This document shows, in pieces, positions 46,873 to 56,436 of a stretch of 64,000 bases of DNA (position 1 is its first letter; each line of letters starts with the position of its first letter). The notes beneath the pieces are model-generated. The model saw nothing but the letters and a program-made list of their open reading frames with translations. It searched no databases and was not told the DNA's origin. Location: contig OZ244960.1 in NCBI GenBank assembly GCA_965222605.1, forward strand, positions 4,736,001 to 4,800,000, written 5' to 3'. Made by a program: the position numbers and the translations under genes. The DNA comes from Candidatus Latescibacterota bacterium (GTDB taxonomy: Bacteria; Latescibacterota; UBA2968).

Positions 46873-49794
46873 TTATTTGACGCCAGATAGCTTGGCTGTG
46901 TTCCTGTCGCGTTGGAGCAATTCCGGGTGCAGGCGATAAAATATCGCTTCTATCTGCTTCAGACCCTCTGCTTGCACCACAAAACGTCCATCGATTACTA
47001 CAGTCGGCGACTTTGTTGGTATCACGCCGAGTGCTCGAGCAGTGGCGTGTATTTCTGCTCTGTTGTCTTTCCCGCTGATGGCAATGCCCATCTGTTTTAA
47101 GCAGTTTACTACAGAAGATGTGTCGGAAGATGCCTTTTGCTTGTGGCACAACAGGAGGTCAATCATCCGCTTGGGTGCGACCTTTTGGGCCTGCCGAAAT
47201 AGCGCGTTTTGTTTGTCATTGCCTACAAAATGCAGGCGTAAGCGCTCGGGTGCCTGGACTTTTTTGACCCATTGTAAGAGTCGTTCTGCTATTTGTAATG
47301 CTGGAGACACACTAACATCCATAAATAGGTCCATACCACCTAAATTCTGGCCTTGAAAAACTCGTGCAATTGGTGTCAATAGCACGGTTGGCACAAAATG
47401 ATCACCAACGCGCTGCATCAAGTGTGCAAACCGATTAAAATGGGCTGTTTTCTCAAATTCATTATTCAGCACATAAGCTGGCACCCGATCCAGCCTATAA
47501 AGCGCAATCAGGTTCTGTCCCATCTCGCTGTTCACCTCTACGGTTTGGAACTCAGCACCGGGAAAGAGCGATAGTGTGGATCGAATAAACGAATACGTAT
47601 CACACACTGTACAGGTCGCGTCGTTGAGAATGGTCGTTTGAAAAGAGATGGGATCGCGCATTTCGCATTGCGCGCGGGGTGTTCCGCCGTTTAAGCACAG
47701 GCCAACTTTGTCCGAATGTACACAATCCCGATCGCTGAGGCATTCGGGAACATCGGCGCAGAAGGGCAAATTTTTGTCATTGCGACAGATGAACTGCGCC
47801 ACCTCATGAGAAGACGTTTTGACATCGCGCCCATTCACGCGCAATGTGGGCGAGGCGTTAACGCTCAGTAGATTGGCTCGGCGGATATTTTCGGCAAATA
47901 GCGTTTCACCCGCATCGTTTTCGGATAATTCGGCGATTTTGTCTGCATCCATGTTCACCTGTGTTGCACAAACCCGCCAATCGGTCGCAATACCCGATTT
48001 GTTGCGACACAAAATGTAATCCCAGAACCGATCGGGATACAGCGACATCACAACGGTTTGTCGAATGCCTTCGGCTATTTCTCTATCGCCGTGTAAGCTG
48101 CGAAAGCGGCCCGATCCCGTCGCGGTCGTCGCCTGACATCCAGGCTCTGTTGTCCGTGTCGTGCGTGCGGCAGGAGGAGGCGATGCGACATCCTTTGCAC
48201 TTGCTTCATCTGCGATAAAATACAGATGGAAATCGATTTGATCCCTCAATTTGTGAAACAGAGGGGCAAGGGTTTGTTCTGCACGTATGCCATAGGGACA
48301 ATCCGCCATCACAAATAGCTCGACGAGGGGGCGGCCATCTCGGCTCTGTCCCGTTTCACCTTGCTCTGTGTCCGATTTAGTTATTGAGTGAGAAGAACCG
48401 TGCCCCTTGTGATTTACTTCTGCCAGCATATCGGCAAATCGGGTGTCAAAGTCGGGCGTCTGGTTTGCATCGTGACAGCGTTGGCACAAATCGGGAAATG
48501 GCGTGCGGCGGATATTGCGGACTTCGGGACGCCGCGCGTGTTGTTCTCCTGGTCCGTGACACACTTCGCACTGCACATTTGTAAGTCGTTTGGCATCTTT
48601 GCCAATTCGGAACCCCGTGGGATATCCAAATCCCGTGGTGTGACAGGTTACGCAGTCGGGCTGATAGTGTTTTTGTTTTTGCAACAAGCGGTTAAATGCA
48701 TTCGCATGATGCGAATGTTCCCAGTCTGTAACCTCGGCAGGATGGCATCCTTTACACGTTTCTACCCCCACATATCTGTTGGTGCCCTGACGCACCTGAT
48801 CTTCCAGTGCAAATCCCGCAAATCTCGGTCGCCCCGTCTGCTGCAACGCCGAATTTTTTTGAACCAGATTGTAAAATTCATCCACGAGCCGTTTCACTGT
48901 GCGGTCTTCGCCAATGGATTCCGAGATCAATATGGGGGTGATTTGTTCTGCTGTCACCTGTCCATTTTCTACGGTCAATATCGCCTGTCCAATTGCCTTA
49001 CCCTGGGGGTGGGTACCCAGCAACAGGGTATTGCCGATCCGATGGGTTGTCTCTGTTGATCGAGCGCTGATCACGATATCTATATCGGCGATGTGTTGTA
49101 CGAGGTCGCGTTCTGCATCTCGATCCAAATCGCTCAATACAACTATGAGATCGGTCTTTTGGTGCAATTGTGCAACTGCCTCTTTCACGCCATCAAGCTC
49201 AACTGTTATACCATCGGGCATATTTATGTGAGAGACCCCCATTGCCATACCGTGTACTTCAATCTCTCGTTCACTCGCTACACCTATGAGACCTACGCGC
49301 ACATCGCCCGCGTTCAAAATTCGCACGGGCGCACCCATTTGCACGCCATTTATCTTTAAATTTGCACTTACAAAAGGGACGCCAATTGAATCGCGCATGG
49401 TTTCAAAGAACGCTTGCCCAAAACGCAACTCTCCCACACCGACATTGGCCGCGTCGTAATGGATGGCTTTCATGGCTTTCAAATGTATCTTGCAACGCAA
49501 TTGATCCAATACTGTATCGCCTGCAAATAGGCTACCGGCATCTAATAATAGTGCATTGGGATACGACAGTTTTAAGTCGTTTACCATTGTTGCACGCCGC
49601 GCAATGCCGCCGAGCTGATTGTCCGCACAGCCACACACTTCGAGGAAACTCTGTGTGTCTCCTGTATAAAGCAATACTACTTCCGCCGCTTTACTTTGTC
49701 CGATGAGACAAAAGACAGCTAATAGGAAACACAAAACGAAGGGTGCCCCGACTATTGATCTTTCACAATCCCATCTGTGTCCATCTGTGTTCAT
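46873..49794 (-). CDS. Secreted multidomain protein: UshA/5'-nucleotidase-like + tetraheme c554-like + thioredoxin/DsbA-like domains
   Basis: YTGD...CGC...LGGIARR, LLDAG; four CxxCH; ELFVMADCPYG, SPT, CTVC; start codon uncertain. Confidence 0.8.
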   Translation of the reverse strand: MNTDGHRWDCERSIVGAPFVLCFLLAVFCLIGQSKAAEVVLLYTGDTQSFLEVCGCADNQLGGIARRATMVNDLKLSYPNALLLDAGSLFAGDTVLDQLRCKIHLKAMKAIHYDAANVGVGELRFGQAFFETMRDSIGVPFVSANLKINGVQMGAPVRILNAGDVRVGLIGVASEREIEVHGMAMGVSHINMPDGITVELDGVKEAVAQLHQKTDLIVVLSDLDRDAERDLVQHIADIDIVISARSTETTHRIGNTLLLGTHPQGKAIGQAILTVENGQVTAEQITPILISESIGEDRTVKRLVDEFYNLVQKNSALQQTGRPRFAGFALEDQVRQGTNRYVGVETCKGCHPAEVTDWEHSHHANAFNRLLQKQKHYQPDCVTCHTTGFGYPTGFRIGKDAKRLTNVQCEVCHGPGEQHARRPEVRNIRRTPFPDLCQRCHDANQTPDFDTRFADMLAEVNHKGHGSSHSITKSDTEQGETGQSRDGRPLVELFVMADCPYGIRAEQTLAPLFHKLRDQIDFHLYFIADEASAKDVASPPPAARTTRTTEPGCQATTATGSGRFRSLHGDREIAEGIRQTVVMSLYPDRFWDYILCRNKSGIATDWRVCATQVNMDADKIAELSENDAGETLFAENIRRANLLSVNASPTLRVNGRDVKTSSHEVAQFICRNDKNLPFCADVPECLSDRDCVHSDKVGLCLNGGTPRAQCEMRDPISFQTTILNDATCTVCDTYSFIRSTLSLFPGAEFQTVEVNSEMGQNLIALYRLDRVPAYVLNNEFEKTAHFNRFAHLMQRVGDHFVPTVLLTPIARVFQGQNLGGMDLFMDVSVSPALQIAERLLQWVKKVQAPERLRLHFVGNDKQNALFRQAQKVAPKRMIDLLLCHKQKASSDTSSVVNCLKQMGIAISGKDNRAEIHATARALGVIPTKSPTVVIDGRFVVQAEGLKQIEAIFYRLHPELLQRDRNTAKLSGVK
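49771..49794 (+). repeat. CCATCTGTGT tandem repeat
   Basis: CCATCTGTGT CCATCTGTGT TCAT, overlapping the putative start region. Confidence 0.55.
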
Positions 49795-49863
49795 ACTCGC
49801 TGCGCTCCGTTGTAGGCTACGCCTGTGCTGTGGTTGCTTTCTGTTTTCTGAATTTTGCCTGTA

Positions 49864-49891
49864 AAAAAAGGCCCGATAGTTCATCGGGCCT
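49864..49891 (-). terminator. Terminator after lepB
   Basis: AGGCCCGAT...ATCGGGCCT with a T run on the minus strand. Confidence 0.75.
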
Positions 49892-49913
49892 CATAGATAC
49901 CATTTTCATTCGG

Positions 49914-50579
49914 TTATTCCAACAAGCCCAGCCTGCTCCAGCGAATTTTTTCAAAAATATTCCACAGGGGCTTTTGGCTGTCCCAGGAATAGTAAATAAA
50001 TAATGGGTGTGCTTTTACTTTTTCCATGGATACCATCCCCCAAAAGCGGCTGTCGTAACTGCTGTCGCGATTGTCTCCCATCGCAAAAAAGTGTCCCGGC
50101 GGCACTGTGCGCGGTCCGTAGTTGTCGCGTGGGCTGTGCTGTTTGGCTTCCACTCTGGGGTCTTCGTGCTTAACACCTTCTGGGTTTTCAAATCGCTTTC
50201 CATCTACATACACAATTTTGTTTTTGATTTCCACTGTCTGCCCTTCAATCGCAATACACCGCTTGATAAAATCGCGCGATTCATCGCGGGGAAATTCAAA
50301 AATCACCAGATCTCCCGGTTGAGGTGTTGAAAATCCCGGCACGCGAAATGAGGGCAATTTGGTATTCAGAATGGGCACGCGGTCGGGGATTTGCGTGCCA
50401 AACGTCAGTTTATCACCCAATACGTAATCCCCTTCTAATAGCGTATCTTCCATTGATCCCGAGGGAATATGATACGCTTGCACCAGCGTTCCCCGGATCA
50501 AAATGGCTAAAAATATGGCGATTCCAAATTCTCGCAACGCGCTCCGTTTTTGCTTCTTTTTGGTGTTTCTTTTTAGCAT
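49914..50579 (-). CDS. lepB: Signal peptidase I
   Basis: IPSGSMEDTL (catalytic Ser), FIKRC (Lys), MGDNRDSSYDSRFWG. Confidence 0.96.
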   Translation of the reverse strand: MLKRNTKKKQKRSALREFGIAIFLAILIRGTLVQAYHIPSGSMEDTLLEGDYVLGDKLTFGTQIPDRVPILNTKLPSFRVPGFSTPQPGDLVIFEFPRDESRDFIKRCIAIEGQTVEIKNKIVYVDGKRFENPEGVKHEDPRVEAKQHSPRDNYGPRTVPPGHFFAMGDNRDSSYDSRFWGMVSMEKVKAHPLFIYYSWDSQKPLWNIFEKIRWSRLGLLE

Positions 50580-50649
50580 AGTCCTACCTTTGTGAATTAC
50601 TGCGTTGTGCTCTGCGTGCAGTGCGGGATAACTAACCTGACTGCTTTCT

Positions 50650-51627
50650 TCAACGATTTTGTGAAAAATAAGTTCGCTCGGGTTGGCCCGTTTCAGCAGA
50701 TTTGTTTGCCGCGAGTGAAATGTCGAGGCTACGCAAACCCTCTTCAAAGTCAGATAAGATTCCCGATCCATCTCCCGAACGAATTGCAGCCATAAATACT
50801 TCGTCAATATCTTCCGATTCGGGTATTTCGCCGACTTCAGCCGCACCGCCTGGAAATACGGTTACGCCATTTCCATCGACGGTCGCTCGCATATCGCGCA
50901 TGATTATATCCGTACCATTTGACCCACCGCCTTCACGGAGAACGCAGGTGGAACTCAGCGTGCCCACAGCGCCATTTTCAAATTTGAGCGATAGGGCATA
51001 TACATCGGGGATATCGAGATTTTCGACATCGTTCAATGCGCGGGTGGCATAATACGCGTGTACTTCTGCAACATCGCCCACGAGGTAGCGCAATAAGTCA
51101 ATCTGATGTGTGGTCTGTTCGACAATTTGCCCACCCGACTGCGCCATCACGCGCCACCATGGGGTGCCAGGCAAACCGCCCCATCGATAGGCCAGGGCCA
51201 TGGCGACGGGCTTGTCTTTCAAAAATTCACGCCCCTGTTTTGCCCATCCCGTATATCGCTGTTGATAGCCGACAGAGGTCAATACGCCCGATTTTTGAAC
51301 GGCTTGTAGAATTTCCAATCCCTTTTCCATTGACGGCACTACGGGTTTTTCCAATAACATGTGTACGCCCTGTTGCGCCGCCAAGATCTCCGCGTCATAA
51401 TGTGCAAATGTCGGTACGACCACATACATTGCGGTCAAATTTTCTTTGTCCAGCATTACGCGATAGTCGGTATAAGCCGTGCCACCAAATTCTGAAGTCG
51501 CGCTTTGTGCCGTTTCTTCTTTTATGTCACAAATTGCAACGATCTCGACATCTTCTATATTGGCTAACGCACGCATATGCGACCGCGCCCGTCCTCCAGC
51601 ACCCACAAAACCCACATTAATGCCCAT
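50650..51627 (-). CDS. Gfo/Idh/MocA oxidoreductase
   Basis: GFVGAGG, LEKP, GGQIVEQTTHQID. Confidence 0.93.
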   Translation of the reverse strand: MGINVGFVGAGGRARSHMRALANIEDVEIVAICDIKEETAQSATSEFGGTAYTDYRVMLDKENLTAMYVVVPTFAHYDAEILAAQQGVHMLLEKPVVPSMEKGLEILQAVQKSGVLTSVGYQQRYTGWAKQGREFLKDKPVAMALAYRWGGLPGTPWWRVMAQSGGQIVEQTTHQIDLLRYLVGDVAEVHAYYATRALNDVENLDIPDVYALSLKFENGAVGTLSSTCVLREGGGSNGTDIIMRDMRATVDGNGVTVFPGGAAEVGEIPESEDIDEVFMAAIRSGDGSGILSDFEEGLRSLDISLAANKSAETGQPERTYFSQNR

Positions 51628-51704
51628 TTATATCCTCCATGTATTTTTTTGTTCAAAAATAGACTGCATGACCAGAACTGTCAACCAGAAAGCCTGCAAG
51701 CAAT

Positions 51705-51742
51705 GCGTGCCTCTTCCCAGATGGGCGCGTACAGAGGCACGC
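51705..51742. terminator. Hairpin after PhyH copy A
   Basis: GCGTGCCTCT...AGAGGCACGC. Confidence 0.5.
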
Positions 51743-51749
51743 TCATACA

Positions 51750-53495
51750 TTATTTTTTTCCCACTGGACCTTTGGGCGCGTCCTGGCTGTACAATGCACC
51801 GCCTCGTTCGTAAGACGCGACGACTGAACCGTCGGCAATTTCTAACCTGGGCACATTCTTTTCGAATACATCGCGGTCAGGACCGCGCATGACTGCCATC
51901 TGTTCATCGGTCATGCCCGAGACGATATCACCCCACCGTTTTTCTGGATGGGTCAATTCTCCTCCGCTGCGATTGAAGTTGCGCGATGAGTATTTGTGCA
52001 AGATCCCCCGCCGCGAGATATCGCTTTTCCACGCCAATGTGCCGTGTGTGGTACCACCATCCATGAAGAAGAGCACATCGCCCGCTTTCATCTCTACGTG
52101 TTTTACCAATCCCATGTGGTCATCGCAGGAACTTACCCCACGCGGCATGCGATAATACGCCTTGTGCGATCCAGGCACACACGCAAATCCACCGTCGGCT
52201 TCGACTACATCGCGCAATTGCCAGGTTACGGTTACGGCTTCGCAAAAGCTTCGCCCATTTTGATAGATATATCCTCGGCCTGGATTGAGCGGCTCATTGG
52301 AGTCGTGCAGGGAGTGGCCCGATGTGCCTTTGACCGCGCAAAATGCGGTTCCCCCGCCCGTGCGACCACCACTGGCACCCATCCAGTTCAGCCGGTGTTC
52401 AACAGCCGGGTGGGCGAGCATTCGCCGAAATGGATCGCAATAGGGGCTGGGCAACTGCGTTAGTCCACCCAATAAGGGTCTGCCCGTGCCCGCGAGGCTT
52501 TTTGACCCGCGTGCGAGTTCTTCGCCAACGACGATTTGATCCTCAAACTTGTCAATGGTGGCATTGGCCTGTGCCAGCCATTCTTCATCCATGACTCCGC
52601 GCAGCACCAGATATCCGTTCAAGTCCCAAAAGTAAAAATCTTTTTCGTCAATGCCCGAGTTTGGATTTTTCATCAGGAAAGATGGGTAAAAAATTTCCCG
52701 CGATTCGTCCAATGCGATTGTCTCGCCATCTGTTTTCACCGTCGGTGGCGGCGTTGTATCCCAATATCCTGGGCGATACAGCGATGCGCGCTGTTCAGGA
52801 GTCAACTCTTCCATCCGGTCGGATACTGGCATCTTTTCTGATTCGGGGCCAGGTCCTGACGAACGTATCACACCGCGCCCCACGTATTCGTAGGACAGCA
52901 GCCGCTGCGGTCCTTCACCCTGCCACGGACGCATGCCCTGTACGACGCTCAAGCCGACGATGAGCATATCGCCCGCTTTTAGTTCGGGTTGAAAAAGATA
53001 ATCCGAGTCATCTTTACCGGTCAATATATCTTCTGGTGTTTCCACATTTGATTTGTGGGTACACGGTACAAACGCAAACCCGCCATCGTCGGCTTTTACG
53101 TCTGAGAGTGCCCAGATTACGCGCACGCCTTCGCAAAATCTTCGACCATTCTGGTAATAATATGCCAGTGCGGGATCTCTCGGCTCATTGCCGCCCACCA
53201 GCGGAGCGGAAGTGTCACAGGTTTCGTCACACAAAATTTCGGGTGCGCGGTCGAGCCTGAAACCGTGTCCCACAATTTGATTCAAATACCACACGAGTTG
53301 GGGATGGATCAGCAAATCGCGGAATGGTTCGCGCAAATCGCCTTCCCAGCCGAGCATGCCCTCGAGCGATCCGGCCCGATCAATCGCATCATTTATCCGC
53401 GCGACTTCGGGACGGGTCAAAGCTCCCGGTATATGCAAATAACCCGTTAAATCAAAGGCGTAATTCTCTTCGTTTGTCATCGTTTCCCGGTCCAT
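51750..53495 (-). CDS. Double-domain phytanoyl-CoA dioxygenase (PhyH)-like protein, copy A
   Basis: Two repeats (FDLTGY / WDLNGY; GGFAFVPCTHK / GGFACVPGSHK; KAGD); AGGAGG SD. Confidence 0.88.
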   Translation of the reverse strand: MDRETMTNEENYAFDLTGYLHIPGALTRPEVARINDAIDRAGSLEGMLGWEGDLREPFRDLLIHPQLVWYLNQIVGHGFRLDRAPEILCDETCDTSAPLVGGNEPRDPALAYYYQNGRRFCEGVRVIWALSDVKADDGGFAFVPCTHKSNVETPEDILTGKDDSDYLFQPELKAGDMLIVGLSVVQGMRPWQGEGPQRLLSYEYVGRGVIRSSGPGPESEKMPVSDRMEELTPEQRASLYRPGYWDTTPPPTVKTDGETIALDESREIFYPSFLMKNPNSGIDEKDFYFWDLNGYLVLRGVMDEEWLAQANATIDKFEDQIVVGEELARGSKSLAGTGRPLLGGLTQLPSPYCDPFRRMLAHPAVEHRLNWMGASGGRTGGGTAFCAVKGTSGHSLHDSNEPLNPGRGYIYQNGRSFCEAVTVTWQLRDVVEADGGFACVPGSHKAYYRMPRGVSSCDDHMGLVKHVEMKAGDVLFFMDGGTTHGTLAWKSDISRRGILHKYSSRNFNRSGGELTHPEKRWGDIVSGMTDEQMAVMRGPDRDVFEKNVPRLEIADGSVVASYERGGALYSQDAPKGPVGKK

Positions 53496-53642
53496 TTCAG
53501 CCTCCTTGACTTTGATGTACCTGTTTGCCTGCTGGTACGCAGGCATGAATGTGGCGGTTTCTTCATGAAAGGCTCAAACCGATATAAAAAACAAGTACAA
53601 AATGCAGCCCCTATTGACCGATTGCTTGACGTATGCCAATAT

Positions 53643-53671
53643 AAAAAAACTGCCCATATAAATGGGCAGTT
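53643..53671 (-). terminator. Terminator between the duplicated units
   Basis: AACTGCCCAT-ATAA-ATGGGCAGTT with a T run on the minus strand. Confidence 0.75.
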
Positions 53672-53694
53672 GGTGATTGATTCTAAAAAACGGT

Positions 53695-53796
53695 TTAGTT
53701 TTTCTTTTCGGGAATGCTCCCTTCCTTAATCATTCGATTTTCTGGAGGGGCTGGTGGCTTTGGCTGGTCGGATGATGGGGGATTTGTCGTCTGCAT
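53695..53796 (-). CDS. Possible 33-aa Pro-rich peptide
   Basis: MQTTNPPSSDQPKPPAPPENRMIKEGSIPEKKN; ATG overlaps the TAA of copy B. Confidence 0.35.
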   Translation of the reverse strand: MQTTNPPSSDQPKPPAPPENRMIKEGSIPEKKN

Positions 53797-55541
53797 TATT
53801 TTTTTCCCACTGGACCTTTGGGTGCGTCCTGGCTGTACAATGCACTGCCTCGCTCGTAAGACGCGACGACTGAACCGTCGGCAATTTCCAATCTGGGCAC
53901 GTTCTTTTTGAACACATCGCGGTCGGGACCGCGCATGACTGCCATCTGTTCGTCGGTCATGCCCGAGACGAGATCGCCCCACCGTTTTTCCGGATAGGCC
54001 AATTCTCCGCCGCTGCGATTAAAATTGCGCGATGAATATTTGTGCAAAATCCCCCGCCGCGAGATGTCGCTTTTCCACGCGAATGTACCATGTGAGGTGC
54101 TGCCATCCATGAAGAAGAGCACATCGCCCGCTTTCACCTCTATGTGTTTTACCAATCCCATGTGGTCATCGCAGGAGCGCACACCCGGGGGGGGAGGATA
54201 ATACGCTTTGTGCGATCCCGGCACGCATGCAAATCCACCGTCGGCTTCTGTTACATCGCGCAACTGCCAGGTTACGGTTACGGCTTCGCAATAACTGCGT
54301 CCATTTTGATAAATATATCCCCGGGTTGGATTGAGTGGCTCATTGGAGCCGTGCTGGGAATGTCCCGATGTGCCTTTGACCGCGCAAAATGCCGTTCCCC
54401 CGCCCGTGCGACCACCGCTGGCGCCCATCCAGTTCAGCCGATGTTCAACGACCGGGTGGGCGAGCATTCGTCGGAAAGGATCGCAATAGGGGCTGGGCAA
54501 TTGAGTCAGTCCACCCAACAGGGGCCTGCCCGTGCCCGCGAGAGTTTTCGACCCTTGTGCGAGTTCGTCGCCAACGACGATTTGGTCCTCAAATTTGTCA
54601 ATAGCGGCATTGGCCTGTGCCAGCCATTCTTCATCCATGACTCCGCGTAGCACCAGATACCCGTTTAAGTCCCAAAAGTAAAATTCCTTTTCGTCAATGC
54701 CCGAGTTTGGATTTTTCATCAGGAAAGATGGGTGAAAAATTTCCCGCGATTCGTCCAATGCGATTGTCTCGCCATCTGTTTTCACCGTCGGTGGCGGCGT
54801 TGTATCCCAATATCCTGGGCGATACAGCGATGCGCGCTGTTCAGGAGTCAACTCTTCCATCCGGTCGGATACTGGCATCTTTTCCGATTCAGGGGCAGGT
54901 CCTGCAGAACGGATCACACCGCGTCCCACGTATTCGTAGGATAGCAAGCGCTGCGATCCCTCGCCCTGCCACGGACGCATGCCCTGTACGACGCTCAGGC
55001 CGACGATGAGCAGATCGCCCGCTTTTAGTTCAGGTTGAAAAAGATAATCCGAGTCATCTTCGCCGGTCAATATATCTTCTGGTGTTTCCACATTTGATTT
55101 GTGGGTACACGGTACGAATACAAATCCGCCTTCTCCGGCTTTGACATCAGAGAGTGCCCAGATTACGCGTACGCCTTCACAAAATCTTCGATTGTTCTGA
55201 TGATAATATGCCAGCGCGGGATCTCTCGGCTCATTGCCGCCCACCAGCGGAGCGGAAGTGTCACAGGTTTCGTCGCACAGTATTTCAGGTGCGCGATCGA
55301 GCCTGAAACCGTATCCTACAATTTGATTCAGATACCACACGAGTTGGGGATGGATCAACAAATCGCGGAACGGTTCGCGCAAATCGCCTTCCCAGCCGAG
55401 CATGCCCTCGAGCGATCCGACCCGATCAATCGCATCATTTATCCGCGCGACTTCCGGGCGAGTCAGGACCCCCGGCACATGCACATAACCCGTTAAATCA
55501 AAGGCGTAATTCTCTTCGTTTGTCATCGTTTCCCGGTCCAT
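53796..55541 (-). CDS. Double-domain PhyH-like protein, copy B
   Basis: Same length and colinear with copy A; AGGAG SD. Confidence 0.88.
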   Translation of the reverse strand: MDRETMTNEENYAFDLTGYVHVPGVLTRPEVARINDAIDRVGSLEGMLGWEGDLREPFRDLLIHPQLVWYLNQIVGYGFRLDRAPEILCDETCDTSAPLVGGNEPRDPALAYYHQNNRRFCEGVRVIWALSDVKAGEGGFVFVPCTHKSNVETPEDILTGEDDSDYLFQPELKAGDLLIVGLSVVQGMRPWQGEGSQRLLSYEYVGRGVIRSAGPAPESEKMPVSDRMEELTPEQRASLYRPGYWDTTPPPTVKTDGETIALDESREIFHPSFLMKNPNSGIDEKEFYFWDLNGYLVLRGVMDEEWLAQANAAIDKFEDQIVVGDELAQGSKTLAGTGRPLLGGLTQLPSPYCDPFRRMLAHPVVEHRLNWMGASGGRTGGGTAFCAVKGTSGHSQHGSNEPLNPTRGYIYQNGRSYCEAVTVTWQLRDVTEADGGFACVPGSHKAYYPPPPGVRSCDDHMGLVKHIEVKAGDVLFFMDGSTSHGTFAWKSDISRRGILHKYSSRNFNRSGGELAYPEKRWGDLVSGMTDEQMAVMRGPDRDVFKKNVPRLEIADGSVVASYERGSALYSQDAPKGPVGKK

Positions 55542-55781
55542 GTCAGTCTCCTTGACTTTGATGTGCCTGTTTGCCTGCGGGTACGCAGGCATGAATGTGG
55601 CGGTTTCTTCATGAAAGGCTCAAACCGATATAAAAAACAAGTATAAAATGCAGCCCCTCTCGACCGATTGCTTGAAGCATTAAAAAAACTGCCCATATAA
55701 ATGCGGCACGCAAAAAGCGACAATATACTCGTTGGCACGCCGATCAGTTGAATCCAAACATAATCCCAAAAGTATTAACAC

Positions 55782-55810
55782 TTGACCCTAATATCACCTC
55801 TCGTTATCAT
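55782..55810 (+). promoter_or_regulatory. higBA promoter, probably leaderless
   Basis: TTGACC-17-TATCAT; ATG follows after 6 nt with no SD. Confidence 0.6.
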
Positions 55811-55816
55811 TGTAAT

Positions 55817-56098
55817 ATGATCAGAAGCTTTGCCAATGATGAGACCGCAAAAATCTTCCGGGGTGAAGTCTCAAAGAAACTACCACCCGATATCCAGAGA
55901 ACGGCGCGGCGCAAGTTGATTTACCTCAACGAAGCCGACAATTTGAGAGATCTCATCTTACCTAAGGTCAATCGTCTTGAACCTCTTAAGGGGAACCGCT
56001 CTGGACAATACAGTATTCGGATCAACGATCAATGGCGCATTTGCTTCCGATGGGAGCAGCCTGATGCATACCGTGTAGAAATCACCGACTATCACTGA
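55817..56098 (+). CDS. higB: HigB toxin (RelE superfamily)
   Basis: MIRSF..., NRLEPLKG, YSIRINDQWRICFRW, ITDYH. Confidence 0.95.
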   Translation: MIRSFANDETAKIFRGEVSKKLPPDIQRTARRKLIYLNEADNLRDLILPKVNRLEPLKGNRSGQYSIRINDQWRICFRWEQPDAYRVEITDYH

Positions 56099-56109
56099 CG
56101 GAGACAAAA

Positions 56110-56418
56110 ATGGAAAAACTCCCACCTGTCCATCCAGGCGAGGTGCTTCTCGAAGACTTTATGAAGCCCCTTGGATTGAGCCAATATCGCGTTGCAAAGG
56201 ATATCGATGTGCCTCCGTTGCGAATCAGTCAAATCGTGCGAGGGATGCGTTCAGTAACAGCAGACACAGCCCTCAGACTTGCGCGTTACTTTGGGACCAC
56301 GCCAGGTATCTGGATGCGATTGCAGGCCCAATACGACCTGGAAATTTCCCAGGCAAAACATGGAAAAACAATTGATCAAGTGGTCAAAGTGCTGTCAGAA
56401 ACCGTTCCTACCAAATGA
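56110..56418 (+). CDS. higA: HigA antitoxin (HTH)
   Basis: PVHPGEVLLEDF, TADTALRLARYFGTT, WMRLQAQYDL. Confidence 0.95.
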   Translation: MEKLPPVHPGEVLLEDFMKPLGLSQYRVAKDIDVPPLRISQIVRGMRSVTADTALRLARYFGTTPGIWMRLQAQYDLEISQAKHGKTIDQVVKVLSETVPTK

Positions 56419-56436
56419 TGGATAAGCCGTTTTTAG

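Larger units (their letters stand above)
51750..55703. repeat. Tandem duplication, offset 2046 bp (gene plus upstream region)
   Basis: 51750-~53664 aligns with 53796-55703, including about 160 bp of non-coding upstream DNA. Confidence 0.95.

Noticed and set aside
49628-49636. Second selenoprotein at the UshA-like CxC motif
   Set aside because: Codons are TGT-GGC-TGT, so this is the Cys form.
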